From Tubulanus polymorphus (taxonomy: Eukaryota; Animalia; Nemertea): 64,000 nt of DNA. Position numbers and translations under genes: made by a program. Below are positions 14,201-28,500 of this stretch, one piece after another; within the stretch, counting starts at the first letter, position 1, and every line of letters begins with the position of its first letter. The notes under the pieces are model-generated. The model was not told where the DNA came from. It made no database searches and saw only the letters and a program-made list of their open reading frames with translations. The stretch covers positions 1,612,001 through 1,676,000 of the forward strand of contig NC_134035.1 in assembly GCF_964204645.1 (NCBI RefSeq). Direction: 5' to 3'.

Positions 14201-15824
14201 ATCTAACTCGGCCTCGCTATCTTACTGTGGAATGCGAGTAATAAAGATATTTTTCTTAGCCGAATTTCGTTCAATGTTTAATACGAATCCATTGTATATG
14301 AATAATTCTACTATCGTTTAAGGTTTTTTGAAGGGGATCATCCTTTTAAAACGAATTTCAAACCATTTTTGATAGAACTCTTTTGTCAGCGGAATGTATT
14401 AGCATCCGGTAAAGCGATAGGCTCACATGCCATAGGAAGAATTCTGAGCAAATAAAATTTTATTCTCTAAAATAGTGCATTCAACTACCACTAACACTGT
14501 AACCAGAAAAAATGCCCTGAAACTATTAAAGGAACAACTTTCTATGAAAGAATTAGGCTTAAGAGTAAATTTGAATCGGGGATATTCCTAGTTTCGTCTG
14601 GGAGAGAACGACAGGTTCTAGAAGCCACGCAGTTTTTTTTCAGTTGCCCTGTTTTTAGTTCAAAAGCAAATCGGTAGTGTCACATATTTAGTCCTCGTAA
14701 AGTTCACTATAACTGAAGTCAAGTTCTCCCAATATGTGTTCGATTGTTTGTTTATCCTCTCGGTGAGTTCTAACGCTTGCCAACATCCAGTTCGATGTAG
14801 TCCTGATCAACAAACAAAAATGTTGTAAATACCGGTACTATAGTTCCTAATGATGACAAACATCCTAAAAACAGACATGACAGTCATTTTGGCCAAATTT
14901 TCATCTTCAGGAAATATGTGGTAATGTATTCTGATGGTGAAGAGTAAGAAGTGAATGGTGATAGCCCTCAGTCGGCTGAGAAATACTGTTACGCCAAACA
15001 GGAAAAAGGCTCGTGGCTCCAGTTAGTCGAGCGCGACGAGATATATTGTTTCAAATATATGCACCTCCAACGCCTTGCGCCTCCAACCTGAAAAATATGA
15101 TGTAGTAATAGATGAAAACATTCGGTCATGGTCATGAATTTGCAAGTCTTACTTGCAAATTCATGAATTCAGTCGATTCTAAAAATTTGCTTACGAAACG
15201 ACTGTAGGAGAGTCTACAGTTATTGGGCAAGCGAAGCAGACACTTGCTCGAAATATGAAAAGTTCTCCCTTTAAAACTCCTTATATTCCGGTATGACCGG
15301 TCTGTAGGAACTGCCCGAATAAAATCAAAATCTTAAACGCAAAACTCTATGCAATTCAACAAACAAAATACAAGAAATGAACATAATATAATTTATTTTC
15401 ACAAATTAAAATTGATGAATACATATTCTCATAATTGTTTTGGAAACTTATAAGAAATTCTACTCACACACTCACTAGCCCTTGTCTAGCAGTAATGGTA
15501 GTCCACCGAGTTCCACAAATCCACATACAGAGTTCCACACTGTATTTTTATGAGTATCACTCCACTTATAGTCCGGTTAGTTGACTAAATAGTCCAGTTA
15601 GTTCACATATAGTCTGGTTAGTTCACAAATAGTCCAGTTAGTTCACTAATAGTCCGGTTAGTTGACTAGTAGTCCAGTTAGTTCACTAGTAGTCCGGAAG
15701 AAGTTGACTGAAGAAGTAAAACTGTGATAAATTTCAGTTGAAGTCCACCACGTCGAGTACTACACCACAGCCCGACAGAGGAAAACCTGAAATATAAAAT
15801 TGAAATCACATTAACAGGAAGACT

Positions 15825-16395
15825 GACTGAGAGGTTGTGGGAGGATGGGGTGAGAGGTTGGGGAGGATGGGGTGAGAGGTTGAGGGAGGATAGGGTGAGA
15901 GGTTGGGGAGGATGGGGTGAGAGGTTGAGGGAGTATGGGATGAGAGGTTGGGGGAGGATTGGGTGAGAGGTTGGGGGAGGATGGGGTGAGAGGTTGAGGG
16001 AGGATGGGGTGAGAGGTTGGGGAGGATGGGGTGAGAGGTTGGGGTGGATGGGGTGAGAGGTTGGGGGAGGATGGGATGAGAGGTTGAGGGAGGATGGGAT
16101 GAGAGGTTGAGGGAGGATGGGATGAGAGGTTGAGGGAGGATGGGGTGAGAGGTTGGGGAGGATGGGGTGAGAGGTTGAGGGAGGATGGGATGAGAGGTTG
16201 AGGGAGGATGGGGTGAGAGGTTGGGGAGGATGGGATGAGAGGTTGAGGGAGGATGGGGTGAGAGGTTGGGGAGGATGGGGTGAGAGGTTGAGGGAGGATG
16301 GGGTGAGAGGTTGGGGAGGATGGGGTGAGAGGTTGAAGAGGGTGGTTTGTGAGGTTGAGGGAGGGTCGGGTGAGAGGTTGAGGGAGGATGGGTGA
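15825..16395. repeat. G-rich ~22-23-bp minisatellite GGGGTGAGAGGTTG(A)GGGAGGAT (also 8650-8950 and 12945-13120)
   Basis: Direct inspection; copy number differs among the three duplicated units. Confidence 0.92.
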
Positions 16396-19300
16396 AAAGA
16401 GAGCAAAACAGTACAATTACTCTGACAAAGTAAAGGCTTAAACAAAAGTTTTCAGCAGTTTTCAGTCACACTGGATTAACAGATTCTCGTTTTACACAAG
16501 AGCCCAGCCTGTGGCAGTGGGAGAAAGCTGGTGTAACTAAATGGTCGAGTCAGCTGGTCTTAACCTGCTGAACAAGATGTGGTGCCGGAGGAAGTTGAAG
16601 AACAGTTCATCAAGATTTGTGAAACTATCGCCTGCTGCACCATGTGCAATGCAAGCGGCTAGGGTAGTGCGGCCCGTGTAGGCTAGAAAGTGGTTTTTGA
16701 CACCGAGTGAGGTCCCTGTTAGTCTAGCACCTAGCCGTCGTTCCCTAAACAACCCAGAACCCGTAGTAAAAACGACTGACTGATTCAGACTAAATTTGAG
16801 TAGGTCCCGGCCTCACTAGTCACTGACTGTCGAAGTGTCTGCAAAGTCACTGTGGGTCTGGAGTGAGTGAGGTCCCCCTAAACCTAAAGTGTGTGTACCT
16901 GAGGACATGAAAATGAAACATCGTGAATGAATTCTTATCTTTTTTACCAATATCAAAATTCGTACATTTAGAATCATCGCGGCTTTAAAGTCTTTATCAA
17001 TTGAGGGAATAGTTTACTGTTGTAAATAAAGAATTAGCGATCGAATTGAGCCCGCTCCACAGTAAAATAGCGCGACCAATTCAATCTCGACCGTCTAGTG
17101 CTGCCGCTTTGTATAACGATAGCGTGGAAAATGTGAACTAACATAATACTCGCTTGCCAGAGTCTTCGAACGGCAGGAGTGGACGAACTAATTACCGATT
17201 TGCGGGCCGGATTCCGAGGAAAATTCTCAAACTCTGAAAACTGCTCTGAAACGTTCGAACCAAACAATTTTTCTATAAAAGAATAAGCCTTAAAAGAGTT
17301 AAGATGAATCGGGGTATTTCTAGTATGGTCTGGGAGAGAGCGATAGGTGTTTGTATGTTCCCTGTTTATTTGCGCGCAAATAGACTTTATCGAAGAAAAA
17401 ATATGGACATTTTGTCAATTCTGATGATAAATTATCATTAAAAAATGAAAATGAATAATTTATTCAGTATACAAATACTATATTGATTGATAAGTAAGTA
17501 AATTTTAGCTAAAAATGATTAAATATGATACCTAAAAAATATTCAAAATTCAGAACGTATTCATAGTATCATATTAAATCAGAATTAGACGACACACTGG
17601 TCGGTATTGTACGTAATAAGGACATTTAAATTCCGGCGGTAAATATGCGCTATTTTAGTTCGCAGAAATTCCGCTATCGTTATTCATAGGGGCAGCACTG
17701 TACGGTAAATATCTAACTCAGCCTTGCGATCTTACTGTGGCATGCGAGCAATACAGATATTTTTCTTAGCCGAATTTCGTTGATTATCTAATACGATTCC
17801 ATTGTATATAACTAATTCTACTATCGTTTAAGGTTTTTCGAAGGGGATCATCTTTTTAAAACGAATTTTAAACCATTTTTGATAGAACTCTTTTGTCTGC
17901 GGTATGTATTAGCATCCGGTAAAGCGGTAGGCTCACATGCCAAAGGAAGAACTTCAAGAAAATTTAATTTTATTCTCTAAAATAGTGCATTCAACTACCA
18001 CTAACACTGTAACCAGAAATAATGCTCAGAAACTATTAAAGAATAATGCTTAAGAGTAAATTTGAAGTCAAGTTCTCCCAATATTTGTTCGTTTGTTTGT
18101 TTATCCTCCCGGTGAGTTCTAACACTGCCCGCACATATTTATCCAGTTCATCTGATCCTGATCATCAAACTCAAAAAGTCAATAATTCCATCCTAATGAT
18201 GACAAACATCCTAAAAGATATAAATGAAAGTTAATAAATTTGATGCCACCAATCAGTTATACACAGTTAGAGTTAAGTCTAGTTACCGGTGTATCAGAGA
18301 AATGGCAATCTAAGGTAGGCTACTCCCCAAAATGAGTGTCAGGGGTAAAATATTTTTTGTCTCCGATTTTGATGAAATTCCGTTCAGACATATATTAAAG
18401 GGTGTTGATCGCAAATCTGAACGAATTTTTCGGATCCGCTGCCCAGAAAATGAGAAATTCGAATTTTTTGGGGGACCCCTAAATTTTCAAAAGGCCTTGG
18501 ATCCCAGAGTTTTCAAGATATTCAAAATCTGATTTCAGATTTGGAATTAGCACCCCTGAAAATATAAAGGACTAAAATTTCAAGCAAATCGAAGAGATTC
18601 GGTTTTTTGGCCAAAAATGGCAAAAATCTAAGGTGTTTTTTTTCGGCGAAAACTTTTTTTTCTCTGATTCCTTCGAAATTTGGTAGGAATATGTATTCTG
18701 AGGTGTAGATTCCGGATCCGAAATCAGATTTTGAATCGGAATTCATCTGCATGGGCAAATAAGGGTTTTCATGCCCAAAATATGCACCCCAAAATGGGGT
18801 ACAAAGTCAGAATATTTTTTGGCCCAATTTTAATGAAATTTTGTGCAGACGTGTTTTTTGGGGTGCTGATTACGAATATGAGGTTAGATCATCTCATTAT
18901 CATCTTATCTTATCTAAAACCGGCTTTGATGTATTGTAAATAGTTAATGTATATATTTTGTAAACTTTTTCATTCTCTAAATTTTAATCACTTCAGTGTT
19001 GTTATGTAAATATTTGTATATACATGTGAAATAGTTGTCCTCCATATACCATGGAAATGGTTGGAGTGTAAATAAAATCGTAATCGTAATTGTAATCTTT
19101 CGTTAGACTTTCAAACCTTCATTTACGAGGAAATGAATTTCCAAAAATGGCCTATATTTTTGGGGATTTATTACATTGTCTCTCTGATTGTGACCAATTC
19201 TTGCTAAACTTGCGAAAACATTCCAAATTTAGACACATTACTTAGAGCTTCAAATTTCCACTCGGCAAAATTGATCCAAGATGGTTTAGATATCGTCATA

Positions 19301-21986
19301 CATGTATAGATCCCTCCAGTAGTGTATAGTAAAGTATCTGTATATTTTGTCAATAACTTTCATGTCACCAATGTTTTCAAAATGTTTTTATTTCTATCTC
19401 GATTAACAAAATTATTTTTCCCCATTTACCATGTAAATGGTAGGCGAGTAATGGAATTATCTTGGCGATCTGGTTTTAACTACTCTTCTTTTCAAAATGG
19501 TTTTAGCATTATATTTTTTTTCACTTTAAACATTTCAACCAGTTCACCATAGATCAACAAGGGAGAGGAAATTCAGAATAAGCTCTATAGAGAAGGGAGG
19601 TGCTTGGGGTCTATATCCCGAAGTGCTGGAGTTACATCTTCTTTCTTCACTTTTCCAAGATAAAACCAATGAATAAAAAGAAATTCATGGGGTTGGATCA
19701 TTCATAGCTATTGGCTTTTATCCTCTTTCATTCATTTTTCACCTTCTGCTGTTCACAAATAAAATCCTGTTTTGAGAACAAAAATCCAAATGAACAAACA
19801 ACAAATATCAAACAATCATAAAAGGTCATGTTTTTCCAAATGAATTTAAACATATAAATACATCTCTATCTACATTTTTAGAACACACATGTTTATATGT
19901 AATCGTGTTCAAAATTATATACACTCTAACTCTTCAATGAAAATGAAAACATGCAAAGTTTACATGACTTAATTAGACTTTGCCTGTTTAACATATTATA
20001 AAAATGAGATCATATGAAATCGCAAGTAGCTATTTATTATCACTGCTAGTTTCTATTTAATAGATTGAATATATAACCCGAGTAACCATCATCAGTATCA
20101 GTGCAAATCACAAAATACTGATAAAATCGTCCAACAAAATCACCCTCACGATTTTTATAAGTTTTATCTTTGTAACCTAGACAAACCTGGACTGTGAAAA
20201 ACTGGAATGTTTCACAATCACAAAAACACAATCATAATATTTCAACATCAAGCCACTAGAAAAACAGGAATGTTTCAGAATCATCAAATTTTTCCCTTTA
20301 CGGTTTTAATATAACTGTATTCATTATACAACAGTTTATCAAAATCTTTCTGTACCACAAGAAAAATCACACAAAATTCATCGTATATTTCCACATCAAA
20401 TACTTCTATTTTATCGCTTGAACAACCTGAGTAATTATATATCAGCACATATATATATATATAGATATATGAAAATATCTAGTGGCACGGAATGCAATTC
20501 ACAAAATAGTAACATTTTTCAACAAAATCACCTCACTGTTCTATATCTTATTCTTGTAACCTAAACCATATTCCTATGCGGACTTTCGTAACCTGACCTT
20601 GAAACCTTAACCGAGGAAAATTCTTATAACAAGAAAAACGGGAATGTTTCATAATCACAAAAATCATCATAGTACTTCCGCATTTAAATCTATTTATGCC
20701 ACACCACTGGAAAAACAGGAATATTCCAAAATCATTAGATTTCTTCCTTCATGGTTTAACACTGTTTAACACAGTATCTAAATCTATTTGTTTCACAAAA
20801 ATGTTTCGTATATTTTCACGCACAACAGTTTATCAAAATCTGTATCAAAATTTCTTTCAACGATTATTCCATTTCTTCATTTTACAGTTTTAATCGTATA
20901 TCACTGTGTTTATCAGAATTTTTGTCAACTCTTTTCTTACAGCTACAAAACATTTTTCGACCAACACAAACTTCACACAAGTAACTCATAATCTCCTTTT
21001 CAATGAAATATCTATACCATAGATTTCTATAGTCTATTCAAAATTTCTATTACTCTATCTAGGTTTCTTCATTTTTCAGCAGTTTTTCACAGATCGACTC
21101 AAGAATTAAAGTCAATCAACTTCGATCAAACATTAAAGATTATTTGATAGATATTCAACCACACTAAAACAACATGATACGCTTTAAATCAATCTCTTGA
21201 ATAGAATCGTATTCATAATTCGACAATTCAGTTTTTTAACCTTTTCTATGTCCAGTCCATCATAATAAATATTCTAACTTCTAAAATTTACTGATTTACA
21301 ATTCAATTATTCACCAAATATCCTAACAATCTCTAAACTCAAATTATTGACAGATCAACAGTTCAGTAATTCATCTACGTTTGTCTAAATCCTATTTCAG
21401 TGACTTATCAAATATCACATATAAACCTGCACTAAATTATTCTAAACTTGACTCAACTGTTAACTACCCGGTATTCGATTTATGTTTGTATTATTCAAAT
21501 CTGTTAATTCAACTGCTTCTTCACAATATTCTTTTCTAATTGTCTAAGATATTTATGCCTTATTTTCTTAGAATTTTTTTTTCTTTTCTTACAATAATAT
21601 ATTTTTTCCTTTCTTACAATAAAATATCTTTTCTTTTCTTACAATAATATATCTTTTCTTTTCTTACAATAATATTTCTTTTCTTTTCTTACAATAATAT
21701 ATCTTTTCTTTTCTTACAATAATATATTTTTTCGATAATTCAAGCTTTTATGTAATCTTTTAGGTTTCTCAAAATATGTTTTATGTTTAACATATCTCTC
21801 TTTATGTTTCCTACAATTTATTTTCTAATCATCTAAAATATCAATCCAAGTTTTTTTTTTTCGAATACAAATATTTTTCAACCACTAAAATCCTGTAGTC
21901 GTCGTTGCTGAAGTTGTCGTCATCGTCGATGAAGCGTTTATGAATTTTTAAACGAGTCTAATTACGCGAAGTAACCAAACGTAGTA

Positions 21987-22045
21987 ACGAACGAACGAAC
22001 GAACGAACGAACGAACGAACGAACGAACGAACGAACGAACGAACG
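21987..22045. repeat. (AACG)n microsatellite
   Basis: Direct inspection. Confidence 0.95.
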
Positions 22046-22249
22046 AGGCGATTCAGCTCCTTTAACTCCTTCCACTACCCGATTACACAACGTACACTTT
22101 CAACCAAATTTTTCTTTCTGGAAAATATCTCGAGATCGCAAGCGAGAAGGAACGCTTGCGAGTAATTTGTGCACTGGAACGTTTGTGATTCGACCTGTTT
22201 CGTTATTACTCGCGATCGTGACGTATTGGACTATATACGACAGCCCTAT

Positions 22250-22430
22250 GACAGATAGCGGGTTACTGGATCTACGACAGATAGCGGGTTACTGAATCTA
22301 CGACAGATAGCGGGTTACTGGATCCACGACAGATAGCGGGTTACTGGATCCACGACAGATAGCGGGTTACTGGATCCACCACAGATAGCGGGTTACTGGA
22401 TCCACCACAGATAGCGGGTTACTTGATCCT
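22250..22430. repeat. 26-bp minisatellite, ~7 copies
   Basis: GACAGATAGCGGGTTACTGGATCCAC. Confidence 0.92.
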
Positions 22431-24861
22431 TGGTGTCTCAACTCAGTTCGTCTCGTTTCTTTGTTACTGATGAATATGACGTATTGTATCATATAAGCCT
22501 TTTCGCTGTGGGTATCATTCAACTTTCATACTCGATATCGCATTGTATGAGACGGTCCCGTAAGACTGGATAGCATAGCAGGTGACTCTCACGCATTTAT
22601 ATCAGATAGTCTCTTGACTGATAACAGCAAACCTGATGTTTCGATAGATTGAATTGTTTCCATGTTACTTTACATCGCAAGATTGATGTTTTGTAATCAC
22701 ATAGGTTTGGTACATTTTTTTCTGAATGCGATTTTTCACTCTGTTCGGCACATCCTGCTTTACAGTTCATATCATAACAGCAGCAAATTGTAGAAACTGA
22801 AAAACAACAAAATAATCAAAATATAAATATAGATTTCAATCCGATCAAAATATTACAAAGCTACAAAGTAATTCGAATACAAGGAATTATGAGAAAGTAA
22901 TATTTACCTGATTTGCTTGAGTTGTTTGTCCAGTTGACCGTAGATTTGAATTGACCATTGAGCAAGTTGACAGTTACTAATATATGCGCAGTGTCGACTT
23001 TGCGCTTTGACTGTCCCATATCATAACAGCAGCAAATTGTAGAAACTGAAAAACAACAAAATAATCAAAACATAAATATAGATTTCAATCCAATCAAAAT
23101 GTTACAAATCTATAAAGTAATTCGAATACAAGGAATTATGAGAAAGTAATATTTACCTGATTTGCTTGAGTTGTTTGTCCAGTTGATGGAACTGATAGCG
23201 ATACCGTCCACGAGATGCAACTGATAGCGATACCGTCCACGAGACGCAACTGATAGCGATACCGTCCACGAGACGCAGCTGATAGCGATACTGTCCACGA
23301 GACGCAACTGATAGCGATACTGTCCACGAGATGCAACTGATAGCAATATAGTGGATTTTGATTGATCAGATTTGTTCACACTGTACGACGTTGTTTTTGC
23401 GAAGCAGTGTTTTCCGGTTCATAGTAACAACAGCAAATTGGAGAAACTGAAATGATAAAACAAAATATAAATACAGATTTCAAACACATCAAAATATTAC
23501 ACAAAACTACAAATTTTAAAGTGAGAAGTGATGAGAAAGATAATTACCTGATTTGCTTGAGTTGTTTGCCCAGTTGACCGTTGAATGTTGGTGGAGTAAT
23601 AAGACTGAATGACTCCAAGATAGAGTTGACATTAGATCTGACCATTGAGTCGACATTTAGCTGAGAGTAGCGTTGACCGCAGTTTGAGTTGACAGTACTG
23701 AGTTGATCGCAGGGTTAGATGACCACCGCGCGTTGACGGTAAATGATAGCAGAGCGAATCAATCGATAGCACGGAGTTGATCACTGACATTAGATCTTAC
23801 CGGTTTGGAGTAAGTTGACCACTGAACGTGTGGTCATAGAGTGGATGTTGTATCAGGAGTTAACGGAGCCAATTAGTTGTTACTATGGTTACTATTGTTG
23901 TCCATCGTTGCCATTCCCGTTGTTGTCGTCATCGTCGTTGTTGATTTACAATATATTTTTTTTTCTTACAATATATTTTTTTTCTTACATGATTTTTTTT
24001 CTTTCATTACACAAACGTTTTTTTTTCCCTTGTTTGAACTCGAGTCGACTGAAATGTCGAACAATAAATAATCGTATCACATCGAGATTTTTCATAATTG
24101 ATTTTGATGAAGTCACATGAGACTTGAAATAATGTTTACAGGTTCGGTCCCTGAAGATACACATTATTTCTACTAAACTGAAAAGTGTTAAAGATTTTAT
24201 CATTTCTAAACACTTCGGGTTCTTTTGAACCGAGCATCAAATGCAAAACATGGAAACTAAAACATACATGATTCCATGAATAAGAAACTCCGTTTAGGAT
24301 TTTACTTTGATGACAATAAATTTCACAAAAACTTCCCAACAAATTTTCCAAAGTTGAGAAGTTCGATATCAGGTTCAGTTTATGAAGTTATGAATAAGAC
24401 AACTTCATAACTGTTGTAGTTTTCGCTGAAAATGAAAGTATTTGATACCAAAAATAGCAGATTTTGATATCACACAAAACTTGGTAATTTTATAGTGACA
24501 GGTTCGGTCCCTGTAAGCCGAGAAATGTTAGAGATTTCTCCTTAAAAATTTTGTACTTGTTCAAAACCAGCATCGAATACAAAACATGGAAACTAAAAAG
24601 AAATTCCAACAGGAAAATCCTTTCAGTTTCAATAATTTGATGACGATAACTGTAAGAAAAACGAATGCCAAATTTCAGAAGTTCAATATCAGGTCCAGAT
24701 CATGAAAATCTATGAATAAGACTTAACTGATACTGTAGTCGTTTTTTTGCTAAAAATGAAAGTAATTTGACGTCAAAAATGGCAATTTAATCAAAAATGA
24801 TGAAGAAATTATCCAGATTTAGAGAGCATTTTGACTGTTGCTCAACGTTGTTTAAAGTTCA

Positions 24862-24930
24862 CCATCTGGCTCATTGGTAAGAGTAAACCAGATATAATAA
24901 TCTGTGCAGTTTCAGGTTCGATTCCTGATG
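24862..24930 (+). pseudogene. Degenerate tRNA-like or SINE head
   Basis: TGGCTCATTGG (A box) and GGTTCGATTCC (B box). Confidence 0.4.
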
Positions 24931-25569
24931 ACAATTTCTGAAATTCGAAAAATTTCACAAAGTGTTTCCAACGTAGACACGAGATCTTATTCACGTGTTT
25001 CACTTGAGCTTTTCATTTCAATAAAAATAGGATTCTATTCAGGTAAAATTCCCGAATAATGAATGCCTCAAAATAATTTGGTCGTTTTTCAAAAGGCAAT
25101 TCATTGGAAATCATAGAAGTTTCCTTTGTTAAGTTCAGCTTCGTGAGTTCGAAGACTCAAATCATCAAATCAATCAACTAGAATTAGTAATTAGTACATT
25201 GCTTACGCATGATTTAACTTTTTGTGTTAAATCTGAACTCAGAACCCTATAGAACTGCGTCCTGCCGTTTAGTAATACATCATTATCATCGAGAATGATT
25301 TATCCATTTACAGGTTCAAATCCTGTTGGCAAGAAAATTGAATTAGGCAAATAACTGAGATTCCTTATTTAAATTCTGAAGGAAATAATAGTTTCACGGA
25401 TCATGGATCAATTTGGTCTCGATTTCAAAGATTTGATAGACAATTTGATATTTCAATATGGAACATTTGATCTCAATTTCATAGGATTGAGACGCACATT
25501 TGATCATTTTGGTCTCAATTTCACAGATTTGATATCCAAAATTCTTTGAGTATCAATTTCTCTTGAGTA

Positions 25570-28500
25570 TCGACTTTGCGCTTCGACTGTCCCATATCAT
25601 AACAGCAGCAAATTGTAGAAACTGAAAAACAACAAAATAATCAAAACATAAATATAGATTTCAATCCAATCAAAATGTTACAAATCTATAAAGTAATTCG
25701 AATACAAGGAATTATGAGAAAGAAATATTTACCTGATTTGCTTGAGTTGTTTGTCCAGTTGATGGAACTGATAGCGATACCGTCCACGAGACGCAACTGA
25801 TAGCGATACCGTCCACGAGACGCAACTGATAGCGATACCGTCCACGAGACGCAACTGATAGCGATACCGTCCACGAGACGCAACTGATAGCGATACCGTC
25901 CACGAGACGCAACTGATAGCGATACCGTCCACGAGACGCAACTGATAGCGATACCGTCCACGAGACGCAACTGATAGCGATACTGTCCACGAGATGGAAC
26001 TGATTGCGATACCGTCCACGAGACGCAACTGATAGCGATACCGTCCACGAGATGCAACTGATAGCAATATAATGGATTTTGATTGATCAGATTTGTTCAC
26101 ACTGTACGACGTTGTTTTTGCGAAGCAGTGTTTTCCGGTTCATTGTAACAACAGCAAATTGGAGAAACTGAAATGATAAAACAAAATATAAATACAGATT
26201 TCAAACACATCAAAATATTACACAAAACTACAAATTTTAAAGTGAGAAGTGATGAGAAAGATAATTACCTGATTTGCTTGAGTTGTTTGCCCAGTTGACC
26301 GTTGAATGTTGGTGGAGTAATAAGACTGAATGACTCCAAGATAGAGTTGACATTAGATCTGACCATTGAGTCGACATTTAGCTGAGAGTAGCGTTGACCG
26401 CAGTTTGAGTTGACAGTACTGAGTTGATCGCAGGGTTAGATGACCACCGCGCGTTGACGGTAAATGATAGCAGTGCCAGTCGATCGCGTGGTGAGTTGAC
26501 AGTAGATTCAGTTGACCACCGCGCGTTGACGGTAAATGATAGCAGAGCCAGTTTATCACGCGGTGAGTTGACATTAGGTTCAGTTGACCACCGCGCGTTG
26601 ACGGTAAATGATAGCAGAGCCAGTTTATCACGCGGTGAGTTGACATTAGGTTCAGTTGACCACCGCGCGTTGACGGTAAATGATAGCAGTGCCAGTTTAT
26701 CACGCGGTGAGTTGACATTAGGTTCAGTTGACCACCGCGCGTTGACAGTAAATGATAGCAGTGCCAGTCGATCGCTACTTTAATCAAAACGTAAACGTAA
26801 ACGATCATAAGCGGAATATCGCGATGGTGATGAAGCGTTTACGAATTTTAAAACCAGTCTAATTACGCGAAGTAACCAAACGTAGTAACGAACAAACGAG
26901 GCGATTCAGCTCCTTTAACTCCTTCCACTACCCGATTACACAACGTACACTTTCAACCAAATTTTTCTTTCTGGAAAATATCTCGAGATCGCAAGCGAGA
27001 AGGAACGCTAGCGAGTAATTTGTGCACTGGAACGTTTGTGATTCGACCTGTTTCGTTATTACTCGCGATCGTGACGTATTGGACTATATACGCTAAAATA
27101 CCGTCCACGAGACGCAACTGATAGTGATACTGTCCACGAGATGGAACTGATAGCGATACCGTCCACGAGATGGAACTGATAGCGATACCGTCCACGAGAC
27201 GCAACTGATAGCGATACCGTCCACGAGACGCAACTGATAGCGATACCGTCCACGAGACGCAACTGATAGCAATACTGTCCACGAGACGCAACTGATAGCG
27301 ATACCGTCCACGAGATGCAACTGACAGCGATACCGTCCACGAGACGCAACTGATAGCGATACCGTCCACGAGACGCAACTGATAGCGATACCGTCCACGA
27401 GACGCAACTGATAGCGATACCGTCCACGAGACACAACTGATAGCGATACTGTCCACGAGATGGAACTGATAGCGATACATTCCACGAGACGCAACTGAAC
27501 GCGATACCGTCCACGAGACGCAACTGATAGCGATACCGTCCACGAGATGCAACTGATAGCGATACCGTCCACGAGACGCAACTGATAGCAATACTGTCCT
27601 CGAGACGAAACTGATAGCAATACTGTCCACGAGATGGAACTGATAGCGATACCGTCCACGAGACGCAACTGAACGCGATACCGTCCACGAGACGCAACTG
27701 ATGGCGATACCGTCCACGAGATGCAACTGATAGCGATACTGTCCACGAGACGCAACTGATAGCGATACCGTCCACGAGACGCAACTGAACGCGATACCGT
27801 CCACAAGACGCAACTGATAGCGATACCGTCCACGAGACGCAACTGATAGGGATACCGTCCACGAGACGCAACTGATAGCGATACTGTCCACGAGACGCAA
27901 CTGATAGCGATACCGTCCACGAGACGCAACTGATAGCGATACTGTCCACGAGATGGAACTGATTGCGATACCGTCCACGAGACGCAACTGATAGCGATAC
28001 CGTCCACGAGATGCAACTGATAGCAATATAATGGATTTTGATTGATCAGATTTGTTCACACTGTACGACGTTGTTTTTGCGAAGCAGTGTTTTCCGGTTC
28101 ATTGTAACAACAGCAAATTGGAGAAACTGAAATGATAAAACAAAATATAAATACAGATTTCAAACACATCAAAATATTACACAAAACTACAAATTTTAAA
28201 GTGAGAAGTGATGAGAAAGATAATTACCTGATTTGCTTGAGTTGTTTGCCCAGTTGACCGTTGAATGTTGGTGGAGTAATAAGACTGAATGACTCCAAGA
28301 TAGAGTTGACATTAGATCTGACCATTGAGTCGACATTTAGCTGAGAGTAGCGTTGACCGCAGTTTGAGTTGACAGTACTGAGTTGATCGCAGGGTTAGAT
28401 GACCACCGCGCGTTGACGGTAAATGATAGCAGTGCCAGTCGATCGCGTGGTGAGTTGACAGTAGATTCAGTTGACCACCGCGCGTTGACGGTAAATGATA

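Larger units (their letters stand above)
7265..18890. repeat. Tandem segmental triplication: units 7265-10586, 10587-14713, 14714-18062, plus a partial unit 18063-~18890
   Basis: Anchor TGAAGTCAAGTTCTCCCAATAT at 7265, 10587, 14714 and 18063; identical ORF translations at 9075 and 16537. Confidence 0.92.

Noticed and set aside
15678-16445. Pro/Ser/His-rich ORFs (also 8494-8963, 12776-13177, 43873-44163, 6729-7109)
   Set aside because: Translations of G/A-rich simple repeats; lengths and frames are not conserved among duplicates
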